Assembly (NCBI GenBank): GCA_965660855.1
Contig: CBFIBM010000008.1
Coordinates: forward strand, 17,079-81,078
Direction of reading: 5' to 3'
Length of the DNA: 64,000 nt
Source of the DNA: an uncultured bacterium
GTDB taxonomy: Bacteria; Fidelibacterota; Marinisomatia; Marinisomatales; UBA1611
Positions 20,353-31,017 of the stretch are shown one piece after another. A program made the position numbers and the translations under genes. The notes below the pieces were generated by a model that worked only from the letters and a program-made list of their open reading frames with translations, did no database searches and was not told the origin of the DNA. Position 1 is the first letter of the stretch. Each line of letters begins with the position of its first letter.

Positions 20353-21354
20353 TTATAATTTAGGTATACTGTTCAAAACATCTTCAGGATTTATTAAATC
20401 CATACAATACTGCTTTTTACGATAACATCTAGCACTTCCATTTTGAGAACAAGGTCGACACCAAATATCTTTTTCAATATTAATTGAACTATCTAAGTTT
20501 ACTCCCGCTCCGGTCTCCCTTGAAGTAGGACCTAATATCATTGTCACAGGTTTTCCAATTGCCTCTGCTGCATGAGTTAAACCAGTATCGCTACCTATTA
20601 CATACTTTGATAATGATAAAATAGATAGTGCTTCGCGAAGTGATGTTTTCCCAGCAAAGTTATGAATTTTTTCTTTTGACTGTTCTTCTATATCAAAACA
20701 GATATTATCTTTTTTAGTTCCAATTAAGACTACATCAAAATTAATTTTTTCAATTAATTTAATATAATACTTTAGTCTCCACTGCTTTTGCTTCCAAGCA
20801 GCCCCAGGGATAATAGTAATAAATTCATTATTAACTAATTTGTTTCTCAATAGTGTTTTTGTTTGTTCTAGTTCTGATTTAGTTACTTTAAGATATGGTT
20901 TAGGTATTTTTTGAACTGGAATAGAATTTATACTTATACAGTCATGATACATTTTCAATGTTGAAAATTCTTTATCAAATGTGTTTATGAAAAAGTTGAA
21001 TAATAAAAATCTTTTAAATCGTGGTTTATGTAAACGAAATATTTTTGACTTATTACCAAATAATATTACTCTAGACCTCAGTGAATTATGTAAATCAAAA
21101 ATTATATCATAGTTTTTTTTTATTAAATAGTTTTTAAAATGAAACAATTTATTCAGAGTGTCTGTTTTTGATATTGAAAGAATAGCATCAATGTCCGGAT
21201 GAAACTCTAAAAGTGGTTTAAATACATCCAATGTTAAAAACGTTATCTGTGCATTTGGATATGAAATCCTAATTGTTTTCAAAGGCGAAGTCGAAAGAAT
21301 AATATCACCGATAGAGCTAAATCGGATGATCAGAATTTTCTGATCATATTTCAT
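20353..21354 (-). CDS. GT9 LPS heptosyltransferase (WaaF-like)
   Basis: ILIIRFSSIGDIIL, DLHNSLRS, GKTSL, GSDTGLTHAAEA, LGPT, CRPC. Confidence 0.88.
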   Translation of the reverse strand: MKYDQKILIIRFSSIGDIILSTSPLKTIRISYPNAQITFLTLDVFKPLLEFHPDIDAILSISKTDTLNKLFHFKNYLIKKNYDIIFDLHNSLRSRVILFGNKSKIFRLHKPRFKRFLLFNFFINTFDKEFSTLKMYHDCISINSIPVQKIPKPYLKVTKSELEQTKTLLRNKLVNNEFITIIPGAAWKQKQWRLKYYIKLIEKINFDVVLIGTKKDNICFDIEEQSKEKIHNFAGKTSLREALSILSLSKYVIGSDTGLTHAAEAIGKPVTMILGPTSRETGAGVNLDSSINIEKDIWCRPCSQNGSARCYRKKQYCMDLINPEDVLNSIPKL

Positions 21355-21359
21355 TTTAT

Positions 21360-22349
21360 CTATTTCACTCTACTCTTATTAAAATTTACAAGATTAATAA
21401 GGGCCGTTTTGTAGATTGTATCTGGGTAAGTAGATATGGATGCTAGTGCTCGATTTGAATATTCATCAAGTTTACCAATTGCATAATCTACACCACCTGT
21501 ATCCTCTATGATTTTATGGATTTCAGAAAGAATTGAATTATTTTTTCTTTTTGATTTTAATAGTTTTTTCAATCTTCTTTTATCTGCCCCTTTCATATTA
21601 GACATGGAATAAATTAAAGGCAAAGTCTTCATATTTTTTTTAACATCACCTCCACTATTTTTCCCAGTATCATTTTCAGAACCCATCAAATCAAATAAAT
21701 CATCTTTTATTTGAAATGCCATACCTAATGACTCACCATAATTATGTGTTGATGTTCTATCGGGTTCTGTTTTCGTAGTGGTTATCGCCCCTAACTCACA
21801 ACTCGTAGCAATTAATGATGCTGTTTTTTGCCGAATCATATCAAAATAAACACTTTCTGTCATAGAGCCTGTTATGCTCTTTTCCAACTGGAGAATTTCA
21901 CCAGAACTTAACTTTTCAGCAGTACTGGATATTTTTTCAAGGGCATCAAAATCTCTAAGTCTTATCATATTTATTAAGGCCTTACTTAGAATAAAATCTC
22001 CCATTAGGACTGAAATCTTATTCTTCCAAATTTTATTTATTGATGGCTTACCTCTTCTCTTTGTAGCATCATCAACAACATCATCATGTATTAAAGTTGC
22101 TAAATGTAGTAATTCCATCATTGCAGCTGCTCGATATGTATTTTCATTTGGTACACCACATAATCTTGCTGATAAAATAGTTAGGATTGGCCTTATATTT
22201 TTTCCTCTATTTCTTATCATGAAGTTAGAGATAGTGTTTATTAATTTAACATCAGAATAAAGCGCCTCGTCAAACTCTTTTTGAAAAAGCTTTATATCCT
22301 CTGAAATAGGAAAAGTTATATTTTTAAGACTTAAAATATCAGTAAACAT
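21360..22349 (-). CDS. ispB: Polyprenyl diphosphate synthase (IspB-like)
   Basis: GKNIRP, ATLIHDDVVDDATKRRG, KTASL, AFQIKDDLFD. Confidence 0.88.
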   Translation of the reverse strand: MFTDILSLKNITFPISEDIKLFQKEFDEALYSDVKLINTISNFMIRNRGKNIRPILTILSARLCGVPNENTYRAAAMMELLHLATLIHDDVVDDATKRRGKPSINKIWKNKISVLMGDFILSKALINMIRLRDFDALEKISSTAEKLSSGEILQLEKSITGSMTESVYFDMIRQKTASLIATSCELGAITTTKTEPDRTSTHNYGESLGMAFQIKDDLFDLMGSENDTGKNSGGDVKKNMKTLPLIYSMSNMKGADKRRLKKLLKSKRKNNSILSEIHKIIEDTGGVDYAIGKLDEYSNRALASISTYPDTIYKTALINLVNFNKSRVK

Positions 22350-22385
22350 CTATAAAAATTACTATTTTCTTGAATGACTATTCAA

Positions 22386-23111
22386 TCAGGATTTATCACG
22401 GTTGACCAGCCAAGATATACCTATACTTAGTTCATATAAAAAAATTAGAGGAAAAGCCATAATAATCATAGAAACAGGGTCTGGCGGTGTGATGAATGAT
22501 GATAAGACTAAAATAACAATTATTGAATGCCTCCTGTAATGTCTCATAAATGCAGGAGTAAGTAGCCCGATGATAGATAGTAATAAAGATAAAACAGGAA
22601 GCTGAAATATTAAACCTGTTCCAATTAATAACCACGTTAAAAAACTAAAATAATACTGGATTGAAAAATTATTTTCTACTTGTCCTTGACTTACGCTACT
22701 AAAAAATTCTAGTGAAAAAGGTATTAAAATAAAATATCCAAAAGACACACCCAGAATAAAAGATATAAATGAGAAGAAAACTATCGGAATCGAATATTTT
22801 TTTTCATTTACCTTTAAACCTGGTGAGATAAATTTCCAGAATTGATAAGTTAAAATTGGTAGAGAAATTATAAATCCTGATACAAATGCAATAAACCACT
22901 TAATTAAAAACATTCCTTGGACAGAAAGAACTTGTAAGTTGATTGTTGTCGAGGTCTCATAAGTTGGTTTTAAAAGAAAATAGAGAATGTGATCCATAAA
23001 TTGGAAAGAAAAAATTGAACCAATTAGAATAGAAATAACGGACTTTATTAAACGCCACCTAAGTTCCTCTAAATGGTCAAGAAATCCCATTTCATGATCA
23101 TTTTTATTCAT
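22386..23111 (-). CDS. tatC: Twin-arginine translocase subunit TatC
   Basis: FLDHLEELRWRL, YQFWKFISPGL, FQLP, ITPPDP, LYE. Confidence 0.95.
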   Translation of the reverse strand: MNKNDHEMGFLDHLEELRWRLIKSVISILIGSIFSFQFMDHILYFLLKPTYETSTTINLQVLSVQGMFLIKWFIAFVSGFIISLPILTYQFWKFISPGLKVNEKKYSIPIVFFSFISFILGVSFGYFILIPFSLEFFSSVSQGQVENNFSIQYYFSFLTWLLIGTGLIFQLPVLSLLLSIIGLLTPAFMRHYRRHSIIVILVLSSFITPPDPVSMIIMAFPLIFLYELSIGISWLVNRDKS

Positions 23112-23112
23112 A

Positions 23113-24045
23113 CTATTTATTTGCTAATAATTGTCTTACTATCCAATCAATATTTAAATCTGAAGGAGATTTATCTTTTAATATCTTTTCAAATTTATCA
23201 TTCTGGTAATCTGTCCAAAATTGGTTTTCTAAATGCTCTGATATTTTATTCTTAACTCTATTTTTAATCCTAGTAAAGCGTTTTTCATCAAGAACCCCTT
23301 TTTTTTTCATTAACTTTTTCAACCTATTTATACCAATAAATAATTCAACTATTCCTTCTCCTTTTGTGGAAATAACATTAAAGACCTCTGGTTCTTTTTT
23401 TATATTTTTAGAAAAGTAATGCAGAATATTTTTCAATAAAGAAGCCAATTTATTCGCACCTTTCCTATCAGATTTATTTACTACAAATAAATCGGCAATC
23501 TCAATTAATCCAGCCTTCATCAGTTGAATTTCATCACCTGATTCAGGAACTAATACAACAACTGTAATATCTGCTGTCGAGGCTATATTTATCTCACCCT
23601 GGCCAACACCAACTGTTTCAAAAATGATAAAATCTTTTCCACTCGCTTCAAGGATATCTCCTACTTCATGTGATTTACGAGCTAAGCCCCCTAAATCACC
23701 ATGACTAGCCATACTTCTAATAAAAACTCGATCATCCCACATGTATTTGTTCATTCTTACTCTATCACCAAGAAGCGATCCACCAGAAAATGGACTAGTT
23801 GGATCTACAGCAATAACTCCAACTGTTTTTTTATTAAATAAGATTGTCTCTATTAACTGATTAGTTAAGGTACTCTTACCTGCACCTGGAGGACCAGTTA
23901 TCCCTATTCTTAAGCTTTTATTATTTAAATCTAAATCTTCGAACGGATTATTATGAAATGTTAGGTTATTTTCAATTATTGTTATCGCTTTTGATATACT
24001 TAAATGATCATTTTTATATATTCCTTGCAAAAGACTTTTGGACAT
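23113..24045 (-). CDS. meaB: MeaB/ArgK-family G3E GTPase
   Basis: GITGPPGAGKST, VDPTSPFSGGSLLGDRVRM, ETVGVGQ, QLMKAGLIEIAD, VNKSD. Confidence 0.9.
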   Translation of the reverse strand: MSKSLLQGIYKNDHLSISKAITIIENNLTFHNNPFEDLDLNNKSLRIGITGPPGAGKSTLTNQLIETILFNKKTVGVIAVDPTSPFSGGSLLGDRVRMNKYMWDDRVFIRSMASHGDLGGLARKSHEVGDILEASGKDFIIFETVGVGQGEINIASTADITVVVLVPESGDEIQLMKAGLIEIADLFVVNKSDRKGANKLASLLKNILHYFSKNIKKEPEVFNVISTKGEGIVELFIGINRLKKLMKKKGVLDEKRFTRIKNRVKNKISEHLENQFWTDYQNDKFEKILKDKSPSDLNIDWIVRQLLANK

Positions 24046-24729
24046 TTATGAATCAAACTCCTTAACAAATCTTTTATAGTTCTTTATAACTAATTCACGT
24101 CCCTCACGTCTGATGAACTTTTCTTTTTCTAATAGATTAAGTGCTCTAGAAACAGTTTCTCTAGAAGTACCCGACATGTTTGCAATATCTTGTTGTATTG
24201 GTATTTTGGGTATATTCACCTCACCATTTTTAATAACACCTTGTTCATCTGCAAACCTTAATATACATAGTGCAATTCTTTTTTCAGCATCACTTAATGA
24301 AAGACTAGCAATTTGCCTATCGCTTTTTCTTAATCTATGTGCCATTTCTTTAAGTAATTGAATAGCAATTTGAGGATATTCTTCTAAAACAGATAAAAAG
24401 TCTTTTCTATTTAAAGTTAAGACTTCAGTTTTTTCTAATGCTATTACATTCGCAGATCTAGATTCGCCATCTAATAATGCCATTTCCCCAAAAAATTCAC
24501 CTTTATTTAGCATTGCCAAAATAACTTCTTTCCCATCTTTACTTAATCTTGTAACCTTTACGCTACCCTCTGAAACAAAAAAACACTTTTCACCCTCCGA
24601 ATTTTCCATAAATATCAAACTTCCGGTTTCAAAATTTTTGGTAATCATTCTAGATGATATATATCCTAATTCTTTGTCACTTAGGTCATAAAATAGAGAT
24701 ACAGACTTCAAAAGATTATTTTTATCCAT
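24046..24729 (-). CDS. Crp/Fnr-family transcriptional regulator
   Basis: cNMP-binding FFGEMALLDGESRSA; HTH QQDIANMSGTSRETVSR; likely start is ATG 24729 rather than 24762. Confidence 0.92.
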   Translation of the reverse strand: MDKNNLLKSVSLFYDLSDKELGYISSRMITKNFETGSLIFMENSEGEKCFFVSEGSVKVTRLSKDGKEVILAMLNKGEFFGEMALLDGESRSANVIALEKTEVLTLNRKDFLSVLEEYPQIAIQLLKEMAHRLRKSDRQIASLSLSDAEKRIALCILRFADEQGVIKNGEVNIPKIPIQQDIANMSGTSRETVSRALNLLEKEKFIRREGRELVIKNYKRFVKEFDS

Positions 24730-24825
24730 ATTGTAAAATACAGAATACCGGACACATATCAAATTTTATAAAAAATATTTTCAATATTGTTCTAAAAATA
24801 GAGTCTTATTTACACCACCAGATTA

Positions 24826-24855
24826 TTGACTTTTTGTTACAATAAAGTGTAATTT
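24826..24855 (+). promoter_or_regulatory. Possible sigma70 promoter for rpsT
   Basis: TTGACT (24826-24831), 18 nt, TAATTT (24850-24855), then AAGGA RBS. Confidence 0.35.
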
Positions 24856-24883
24856 TATTATCTTCAATTTAAAGGAAATAATA

Positions 24884-25138
24884 ATGGATAGACATCCACA
24901 ACAAATTAAGAGAGAACGGCAAGATATAAAAAGAAGAGCAAGAAATGTCGATGCCCTGTCAAAACTTAGAACAAACGTAAAAAAAGTTTTATCTACAACA
25001 GATAAAAAAGAAGCTCTAGCTATCTATCAAGTAGCGGTAAGTGTTATTGATCGTGCCGTAAATAAAAATCTTATTCATAAAAATACTGGTTCACGAAGGA
25101 AAGCCCAGATTACTAAACATTTTAATTCACTAAAATAG
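24884..25138 (+). CDS. rpsT: 30S ribosomal protein S20
   Basis: 84 aa basic protein; IDRAVNKNLIHKNTGSRRK motif. Confidence 0.92.
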   Translation: MDRHPQQIKRERQDIKRRARNVDALSKLRTNVKKVLSTTDKKEALAIYQVAVSVIDRAVNKNLIHKNTGSRRKAQITKHFNSLK

Positions 25139-25147
25139 TTTAAACAC

Positions 25148-26620
25148 CTAACTATCAGATACCTGGTAGTTAGGAGCCTCTTTTACAATTCTTACTTCAT
25201 GCGGGTGATTTTCTTTAATACCTGCAGATGTTATTTCTACAAATTGAGTTTCTTTTCCAAAATCTGATATATTTTCACATCCACAGTATCCCATTGATGA
25301 CCTTATGCCACCTAGTAATTGATGAATCGTATTTCTTACAGGACCTCGAAAGGGTACCATGCCTTCTATACCTTCTGGTACTAATTTTGTTGCCTCGGCA
25401 CCTTCTTGAAAATACCTATCTCCACTTCCTCTTTCCATTGCCCCCATCGAACCCATACCACGGTAAGATTTATACTGCCTACCTTCATAAAGGATAGATT
25501 CACCTGGACTCTCATCCATACCAGCTAAAATACTTCCCAACATAACAGAATCTGCACCAGCTGCAAGAGCTTTCGCTATATCGCCACTATATCTAAGTCC
25601 TCCATCTGCAATCACAGGAATATTATCTTTTTTTGCTATATCAACGGCGTTTATTATTGCAGTAAGTTGAGGAACACCAACACCAGCAATCACCCTAGTG
25701 GTGCAACTAGCTCCAGCTCCAATTCCAACTTTTACTGCATCTACACCATTATCTATAAGAGCCTTAGTTCCTTCACCTGTGGCGACATTTCCAGCTATAA
25801 TTTCTATATTTGAATATGAGTTTTTAATATTATCAATAGCCTTAAGCACACCTTTTGAATGGCCATGAGCAGTATCAATAATTATTGCATCGACATCAAC
25901 GTCTGCTAGGGCTCCAGCACGATCAATAGAATCATTTGAGATTCCTAATGCAGCAGCTACTCTTAATCTTCCATTTTTATCTTTACAAGCTTCAGGATAA
26001 TCTTCATTTTTCTGTATATCTTTGACTGTTATTAATCCAGTCAAATTATTTTGATTATCGACAACTAGTAATTTTTCAATTCTGTGCTTTTGTAATATTT
26101 CCTTTGCTTTTTCTAAGGATGTTCCGAAAGGAACAGTAATTAAATTCTTGGAAGTCATTCTCTCTGAAATATTCAAATTATTGTTTGTCTCAAAGCGAAT
26201 ATCGCGATTTGTTATAATTCCAACCAGATTTCCTTCCTCTCTTACTACAGGAAGTCCACTAATTTTATATTCAGACATAATTTTTCTAGCTGCATGGATA
26301 GTTGAGTTTTCATTGATCGTTATTGGGTTAAGAATCATACCACTCTCAGATCGTTTTACACGGTCAACCATATTTGCCTGTTTTTTAATTGACAGATTCT
26401 TATGTATCACACCTAATCCACCTGTCCTTGCCAATGCTATTGCCATATCTGTCTCTGTTACAGTATCCATTGCTGCGCTTAAAATAGGTATATTTAAATC
26501 GATCTTATTTGTAAGCCTAGTTCGTAAGCTTACATCTTTTGGTAAAATACTAGACTTTTGAGGTACTAATAAAACATCGTCAAATGTATATGCTTTTTTA
26601 AAAGGTGGTCGATTTTTCAC
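25148..26620 (-). CDS. guaB: IMP dehydrogenase
   Basis: [20 protein letters not shown] pair, [31 protein letters not shown]; likely GTG start at 26620 with GGAG upstream. Confidence 0.96.
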   Translation of the reverse strand: MKNRPPFKKAYTFDDVLLVPQKSSILPKDVSLRTRLTNKIDLNIPILSAAMDTVTETDMAIALARTGGLGVIHKNLSIKKQANMVDRVKRSESGMILNPITINENSTIHAARKIMSEYKISGLPVVREEGNLVGIITNRDIRFETNNNLNISERMTSKNLITVPFGTSLEKAKEILQKHRIEKLLVVDNQNNLTGLITVKDIQKNEDYPEACKDKNGRLRVAAALGISNDSIDRAGALADVDVDAIIIDTAHGHSKGVLKAIDNIKNSYSNIEIIAGNVATGEGTKALIDNGVDAVKVGIGAGASCTTRVIAGVGVPQLTAIINAVDIAKKDNIPVIADGGLRYSGDIAKALAAGADSVMLGSILAGMDESPGESILYEGRQYKSYRGMGSMGAMERGSGDRYFQEGAEATKLVPEGIEGMVPFRGPVRNTIHQLLGGIRSSMGYCGCENISDFGKETQFVEITSAGIKENHPHEVRIVKEAPNYQVSDS

Positions 26621-26630
26621 TTTTTCTCCA

Positions 26631-28148
26631 TTATAAATTATAATCAACTTGATTTAATAAATCACCAGTTTCTATGTAATGCTTTAAGAGAGTAATCTCA
26701 GAGTAAAGAGATCTATCTCCAATGTGAAATTCACACTTATTTTTGACATATGAAATTATTTTTCGAATGCCAGATCCAGATTTCATGTTAGAGCTACAAA
26801 TATAATTAACTGCACAAGCAACAAGAAGTTCAATTGATAAAATCGTACATACATTTTCTTGTATCATTAATAACTTATTCCCAGCCCATGGTGCCATACT
26901 AACTAAATCTTCTTGTCCTGCTGATGAATTAATGGAATCTACACTTGCAGGATGAGCGAGTGTTTTATTTTCTGAAGCAAGAGCTGTTGCAGTAACATGA
27001 GCAATCATATAGCCTGACTCTAAACCAGGTTTTATTGCAACAAATGGTTCAAATTTTCCTTTTACCCCTTTCATAAAATTATGAATTCTTCTTTCTGATA
27101 TAGCACCTAGTTCAGAAAATGCAACTGCAAGAGAATCTAATGATTGAGCTACATGCTCCGCATGAAAATGACCCGAGCTTGCTATAGTTCCATCTTTTAA
27201 AATTAATGGGTTGTCACTTACACTATTAATTTCATTATTAATAATTTCGGCTGCATTTTCAAATATATCTCTGGATGCACCATGAACATGAGGAATACAT
27301 CTAAAACTATAAGGATCTTGAACCTTATCACAATCTTTATGAGAATTAATAATTTCACTATCTTGGAGGATATTATAAACAATTTCAGCTGTTTTTCTCT
27401 GACCTAAATGCATTTTAGCTTCATGAATTTCTTTTCTAAAGACATTCAGACTTGAATAACTATTTTCTACTGATATACCACCGACTACATCCGCTGAATC
27501 CATTAAAACTTTGCCATTTAATAATGTTTTTATTGCAATAGCTGTTGAAACTTGAGTTCCATTGATTAAACTTAAACCTTCTTTAGGTTCAAGTTTTAAC
27601 GGTTGAATATTTAATTGATTTAGAATATCTGATGTTTTTGATCTTTTACCATCAAAAAATACCTCCCCCTCTCCAATTAAAGATAAAGCCATATGCCCCA
27701 TTGGTGCTAAGTCACCACTAGCCCCAACAGATCCTTTTTGAGGTATAACTGGCAAGATGTCATGGTTGAGATATTCGATAATTTTTTGAACAACTTGAAG
27801 CCTTATTCCACTATACCCTTTTATAAAAGTTAATATCTTAAGATAAAGTATTACTCTTACTAAGCCAAGATCAAATGGCTTACCAATACCTGATGCATGG
27901 CTTCTTACTAGATTCTCTTGCAATAAAATTTGATCTTGATCACTAATCGAAACATTACTCAATTTACCAAAACCTGTATTAACACCATAAATAACTTCAG
28001 ATGAATATAGTTTTTTAGTAAAACTCTTATGAGAATTTTTAATATTTTCTTCAGATTTTTTTAAAAGTTTAACTTTTATAGGACCTTTAAAAAAGCATTC
28101 AAAATCCAAAAAAGTATGGTTTCTTTGATCTATAGTTATATAACTCAT
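26631..28148 (-). CDS. hutH: Histidine ammonia-lyase
   Basis: YGVNTGFG, LVRSHA, MIO motif GASGDLAP, KEGLSLINGT, QDPYSFRC, NSVSDNP. Confidence 0.88.
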   Translation of the reverse strand: MSYITIDQRNHTFLDFECFFKGPIKVKLLKKSEENIKNSHKSFTKKLYSSEVIYGVNTGFGKLSNVSISDQDQILLQENLVRSHASGIGKPFDLGLVRVILYLKILTFIKGYSGIRLQVVQKIIEYLNHDILPVIPQKGSVGASGDLAPMGHMALSLIGEGEVFFDGKRSKTSDILNQLNIQPLKLEPKEGLSLINGTQVSTAIAIKTLLNGKVLMDSADVVGGISVENSYSSLNVFRKEIHEAKMHLGQRKTAEIVYNILQDSEIINSHKDCDKVQDPYSFRCIPHVHGASRDIFENAAEIINNEINSVSDNPLILKDGTIASSGHFHAEHVAQSLDSLAVAFSELGAISERRIHNFMKGVKGKFEPFVAIKPGLESGYMIAHVTATALASENKTLAHPASVDSINSSAGQEDLVSMAPWAGNKLLMIQENVCTILSIELLVACAVNYICSSNMKSGSGIRKIISYVKNKCEFHIGDRSLYSEITLLKHYIETGDLLNQVDYNL

Positions 28149-28195
28149 TTGAGAATTTATAAATTAAGAATCAGTGAAGCTAATTAATGTGAAGT

Positions 28196-31006
28196 TTATT
28201 TAATTGAGTCCATTTGTGAAAAAGGTTCAATCTCAACGGGTAATGAATCACTGAAAATTCTCCCATATCTTTTTGTAACTATTCTATTATCTAGGCAAAT
28301 AAACCTACCTGAATCAAAACTGGTTCTGATTAATCTTCCAAACCCTTGTCTAAATCTAATAACTGCTTCAGGTAAATTATATTCCATAAAGCTATTACCA
28401 CCCTGTCTATTTATATATTCAGAATAAGATTTGACTAAAGGCTCGCTTGGAACATCAAACGGTAACTTTACAAGAATTAATATTTCTAATAAATTACCCG
28501 GCAAATCAACACCTTCCCAAAAACTATTCGTCCCAAAAAGAATACCATTTGATTTTTGATGCATACCCTTAATTATAGCAGGCCTTGATGCACCTTTTAT
28601 TTGTGCGAATAAAGGTAGTGTTCTTCCTCCAGGTTTTTCACGAATATATGAGGCTGTTTCAGTTAAAGTATTAATTGAAGTAAATAATACCATTATTCTT
28701 TTAGAAAGCGATTTATGAAGATTATAAATAAGATCACCAATACTATTTGGATCGTTTACAATTTCTTTATTACCACTATATTGATGATAAATTACTTGTT
28801 CATTATAATGGAAGGGACTAAAGTACTCTTCTTTTAAAAAGTTTATATTGTTATCTAGACCAATACGTTTTATGAAATAATCAAATGAATCTTGAATTTT
28901 TAAAGTAGCAGAAGTTAAAACACAGTTCTCTATTCGCTTAAAAAAAGAATGGTTAATAGTTTCAGAGACATCAATTAAAGAGGAGTGCATGGATATTATT
29001 AATTTCTCTTTATCAGTTTTTGGAGATTTGTACTCCCCTTCCAACCAGTATACATATTCTGTGCTTTGATCCTCTGTTAGATGAATTAAAGATTTTAACA
29101 ACGAATTACAGATTTCTGTAGAGCGTTCTAATGTAGAGTGTAATGCTGGAAAATCTTTTCTACTTTTATCAATTTCAAGAATTGAATTTTTAAGTCTTTC
29201 AATACATGAAAAAATTATCTCTAATGATTTTTTCATATTCTTTAACTCTATATCCAAATGTCTATATAAATTGTCTAGACTATTTACTATCGGTTTATCC
29301 TGGTAAGATCGTTCTGAAGAAAACTTGCTCTTATTATCTTCTTTAAACTCGCTCATTAAAGTTTTTAAAAAACCATATGAATCTTTAATAGACTCTTTTA
29401 GAGCATCTCTTTGTTCAATAACATCTTTATTAATTTCACCAATTCTGTTTAATATATTATTCCAACGAGCAGATCTAGAAAATGAAGGGTCCATTGTTTG
29501 CAGTAAATGGGTTACTTGTTGTTCACTCCATTCTATCCTGAACTGATCATAAGCAGACTTTACAAGATTATGCGCCTCATCAATGATAATATTTTTATAG
29601 TCTGGTAAAAAACCTGGTTGAGCTACATCTGTCATTAATAAAGAATGATTTATTATAATTATATTTGCTCGGAAAAGATTCTTTTTTAATTTTCCGTAGA
29701 AACAACCATCATTTTTTTTACATAATTCTCCTGTGCAAAATCCTGGCTCGCTACAAATTAAAGATTGCAACCAGTTCCTTCTTGAATTAAAAAAGCCAGA
29801 ACACTCTGAGATATCCCCAGTCCTTGTCCAAAACATCCAAAAGATAATTGGAATTAAAGCTTCTAAATCTTGAATATCAAGAGTTCTAGAATCAGATATA
29901 ATCCAATTAAGTCGAGTCTTACAAATGTAATTCCTTCTACCTTTTAACATTATTGCCTTTATCGGAACGCGAAGAGCTTCCGATAATTGTGGTAAATCTT
30001 TAAAAAAAAGCTGATCTTGCAGTGGTTTAGTATGACAAGCAATTATGGTTGGTCCAGAGCCTTCTAAGTCATAAGAACTTTTATATGCTCCAAATAAATA
30101 TGCCATAGATTTACCAAGACCCGTTCCTGCTTCAATAACACCAAACTTTCCATTATTATTGAGAACTTCTTCAACTAGCTTAGAATATTTTATTTGATTT
30201 GGTCTTTCTTCAAAATTTGAATAAACTTCATTGAGTAAACCATTATTTCCAAAAACATTTTCTGCTGTAATATTCGATAAATCATTCACACCGTCACATT
30301 TAAATGTATTTTTTTTGAAAATCTCTTTATCTGAATTTGTATTCAATCCCTGGGATAATTCACCAATACGAGTTAGTTCATTTCCTAAATTAATATATAA
30401 CTTTTGATTTGGAACTTTAGACCCTTTTAACATTGCATTAACTTTGGAAATAAGCTCTAAAGGATAAGTAGATAAAATATCTAACATTTCTAGAAATATT
30501 AATCCGGTATTTTCAGTATCTTTTTCTGCTCTATGTGAACCCTCTGATGATAAACCAAATGATTCAGAAAGTGCACCTAAATTAAAAACTGGTTGTTGAA
30601 ATAAGACACTCCTAGCTAGTTGTAATGTGTCATATTTGACAAAAGTAGGGTCATCTCTTCCTAACCTATTACACATTGAGGAAAGAAATTTTTGATCAAA
30701 ACTTATATTATGGGCTACAAGAGGAAGATCTCCTAAAAACCCTAATAAATCATCTATAATCATCTCTTCAGTTGGACAGGATTTCACCATTTTATTTGAT
30801 ATTCCGGTTAATCGAGTAATCATACTAGATATATTCTTTTCAGGATTTATTAATTGTACATATTTGTCTGTTATTTTTCCATTCTCGAATCGAATAGCAG
30901 CAACTTCGATAACCTTATCATTTTTAGAGTCTAGACCTGTCGTTTCAAAATCAAAAGCAGTAAAACTTGATAATTCTAATACTTCTAACAATTTAATTCT
31001 ATCCAA
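28196..31006 (-). CDS. dinG: DnaQ-type (DEDDh) exonuclease fused to a DinG-family SF2 helicase
   Basis: FDFETTG, AHNISFD, HRAEKD; EAGTGLGKS, KGRRNYIC, DEAH, TSATL, FWEGVD, QGFGRLIR. Confidence 0.88.
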   Translation of the reverse strand: MDRIKLLEVLELSSFTAFDFETTGLDSKNDKVIEVAAIRFENGKITDKYVQLINPEKNISSMITRLTGISNKMVKSCPTEEMIIDDLLGFLGDLPLVAHNISFDQKFLSSMCNRLGRDDPTFVKYDTLQLARSVLFQQPVFNLGALSESFGLSSEGSHRAEKDTENTGLIFLEMLDILSTYPLELISKVNAMLKGSKVPNQKLYINLGNELTRIGELSQGLNTNSDKEIFKKNTFKCDGVNDLSNITAENVFGNNGLLNEVYSNFEERPNQIKYSKLVEEVLNNNGKFGVIEAGTGLGKSMAYLFGAYKSSYDLEGSGPTIIACHTKPLQDQLFFKDLPQLSEALRVPIKAIMLKGRRNYICKTRLNWIISDSRTLDIQDLEALIPIIFWMFWTRTGDISECSGFFNSRRNWLQSLICSEPGFCTGELCKKNDGCFYGKLKKNLFRANIIIINHSLLMTDVAQPGFLPDYKNIIIDEAHNLVKSAYDQFRIEWSEQQVTHLLQTMDPSFSRSARWNNILNRIGEINKDVIEQRDALKESIKDSYGFLKTLMSEFKEDNKSKFSSERSYQDKPIVNSLDNLYRHLDIELKNMKKSLEIIFSCIERLKNSILEIDKSRKDFPALHSTLERSTEICNSLLKSLIHLTEDQSTEYVYWLEGEYKSPKTDKEKLIISMHSSLIDVSETINHSFFKRIENCVLTSATLKIQDSFDYFIKRIGLDNNINFLKEEYFSPFHYNEQVIYHQYSGNKEIVNDPNSIGDLIYNLHKSLSKRIMVLFTSINTLTETASYIREKPGGRTLPLFAQIKGASRPAIIKGMHQKSNGILFGTNSFWEGVDLPGNLLEILILVKLPFDVPSEPLVKSYSEYINRQGGNSFMEYNLPEAVIRFRQGFGRLIRTSFDSGRFICLDNRIVTKRYGRIFSDSLPVEIEPFSQMDSIK

Positions 31007-31017
31007 AGAGTCTCCAA

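Noticed and set aside
26631..28148. Ammonia-lyase as a Phe/Tyr ammonia-lyase or aminomutase of secondary metabolism
   Set aside because: The LVRSHA specificity segment fits histidine ammonia-lyase, and no biosynthetic cluster is adjacent
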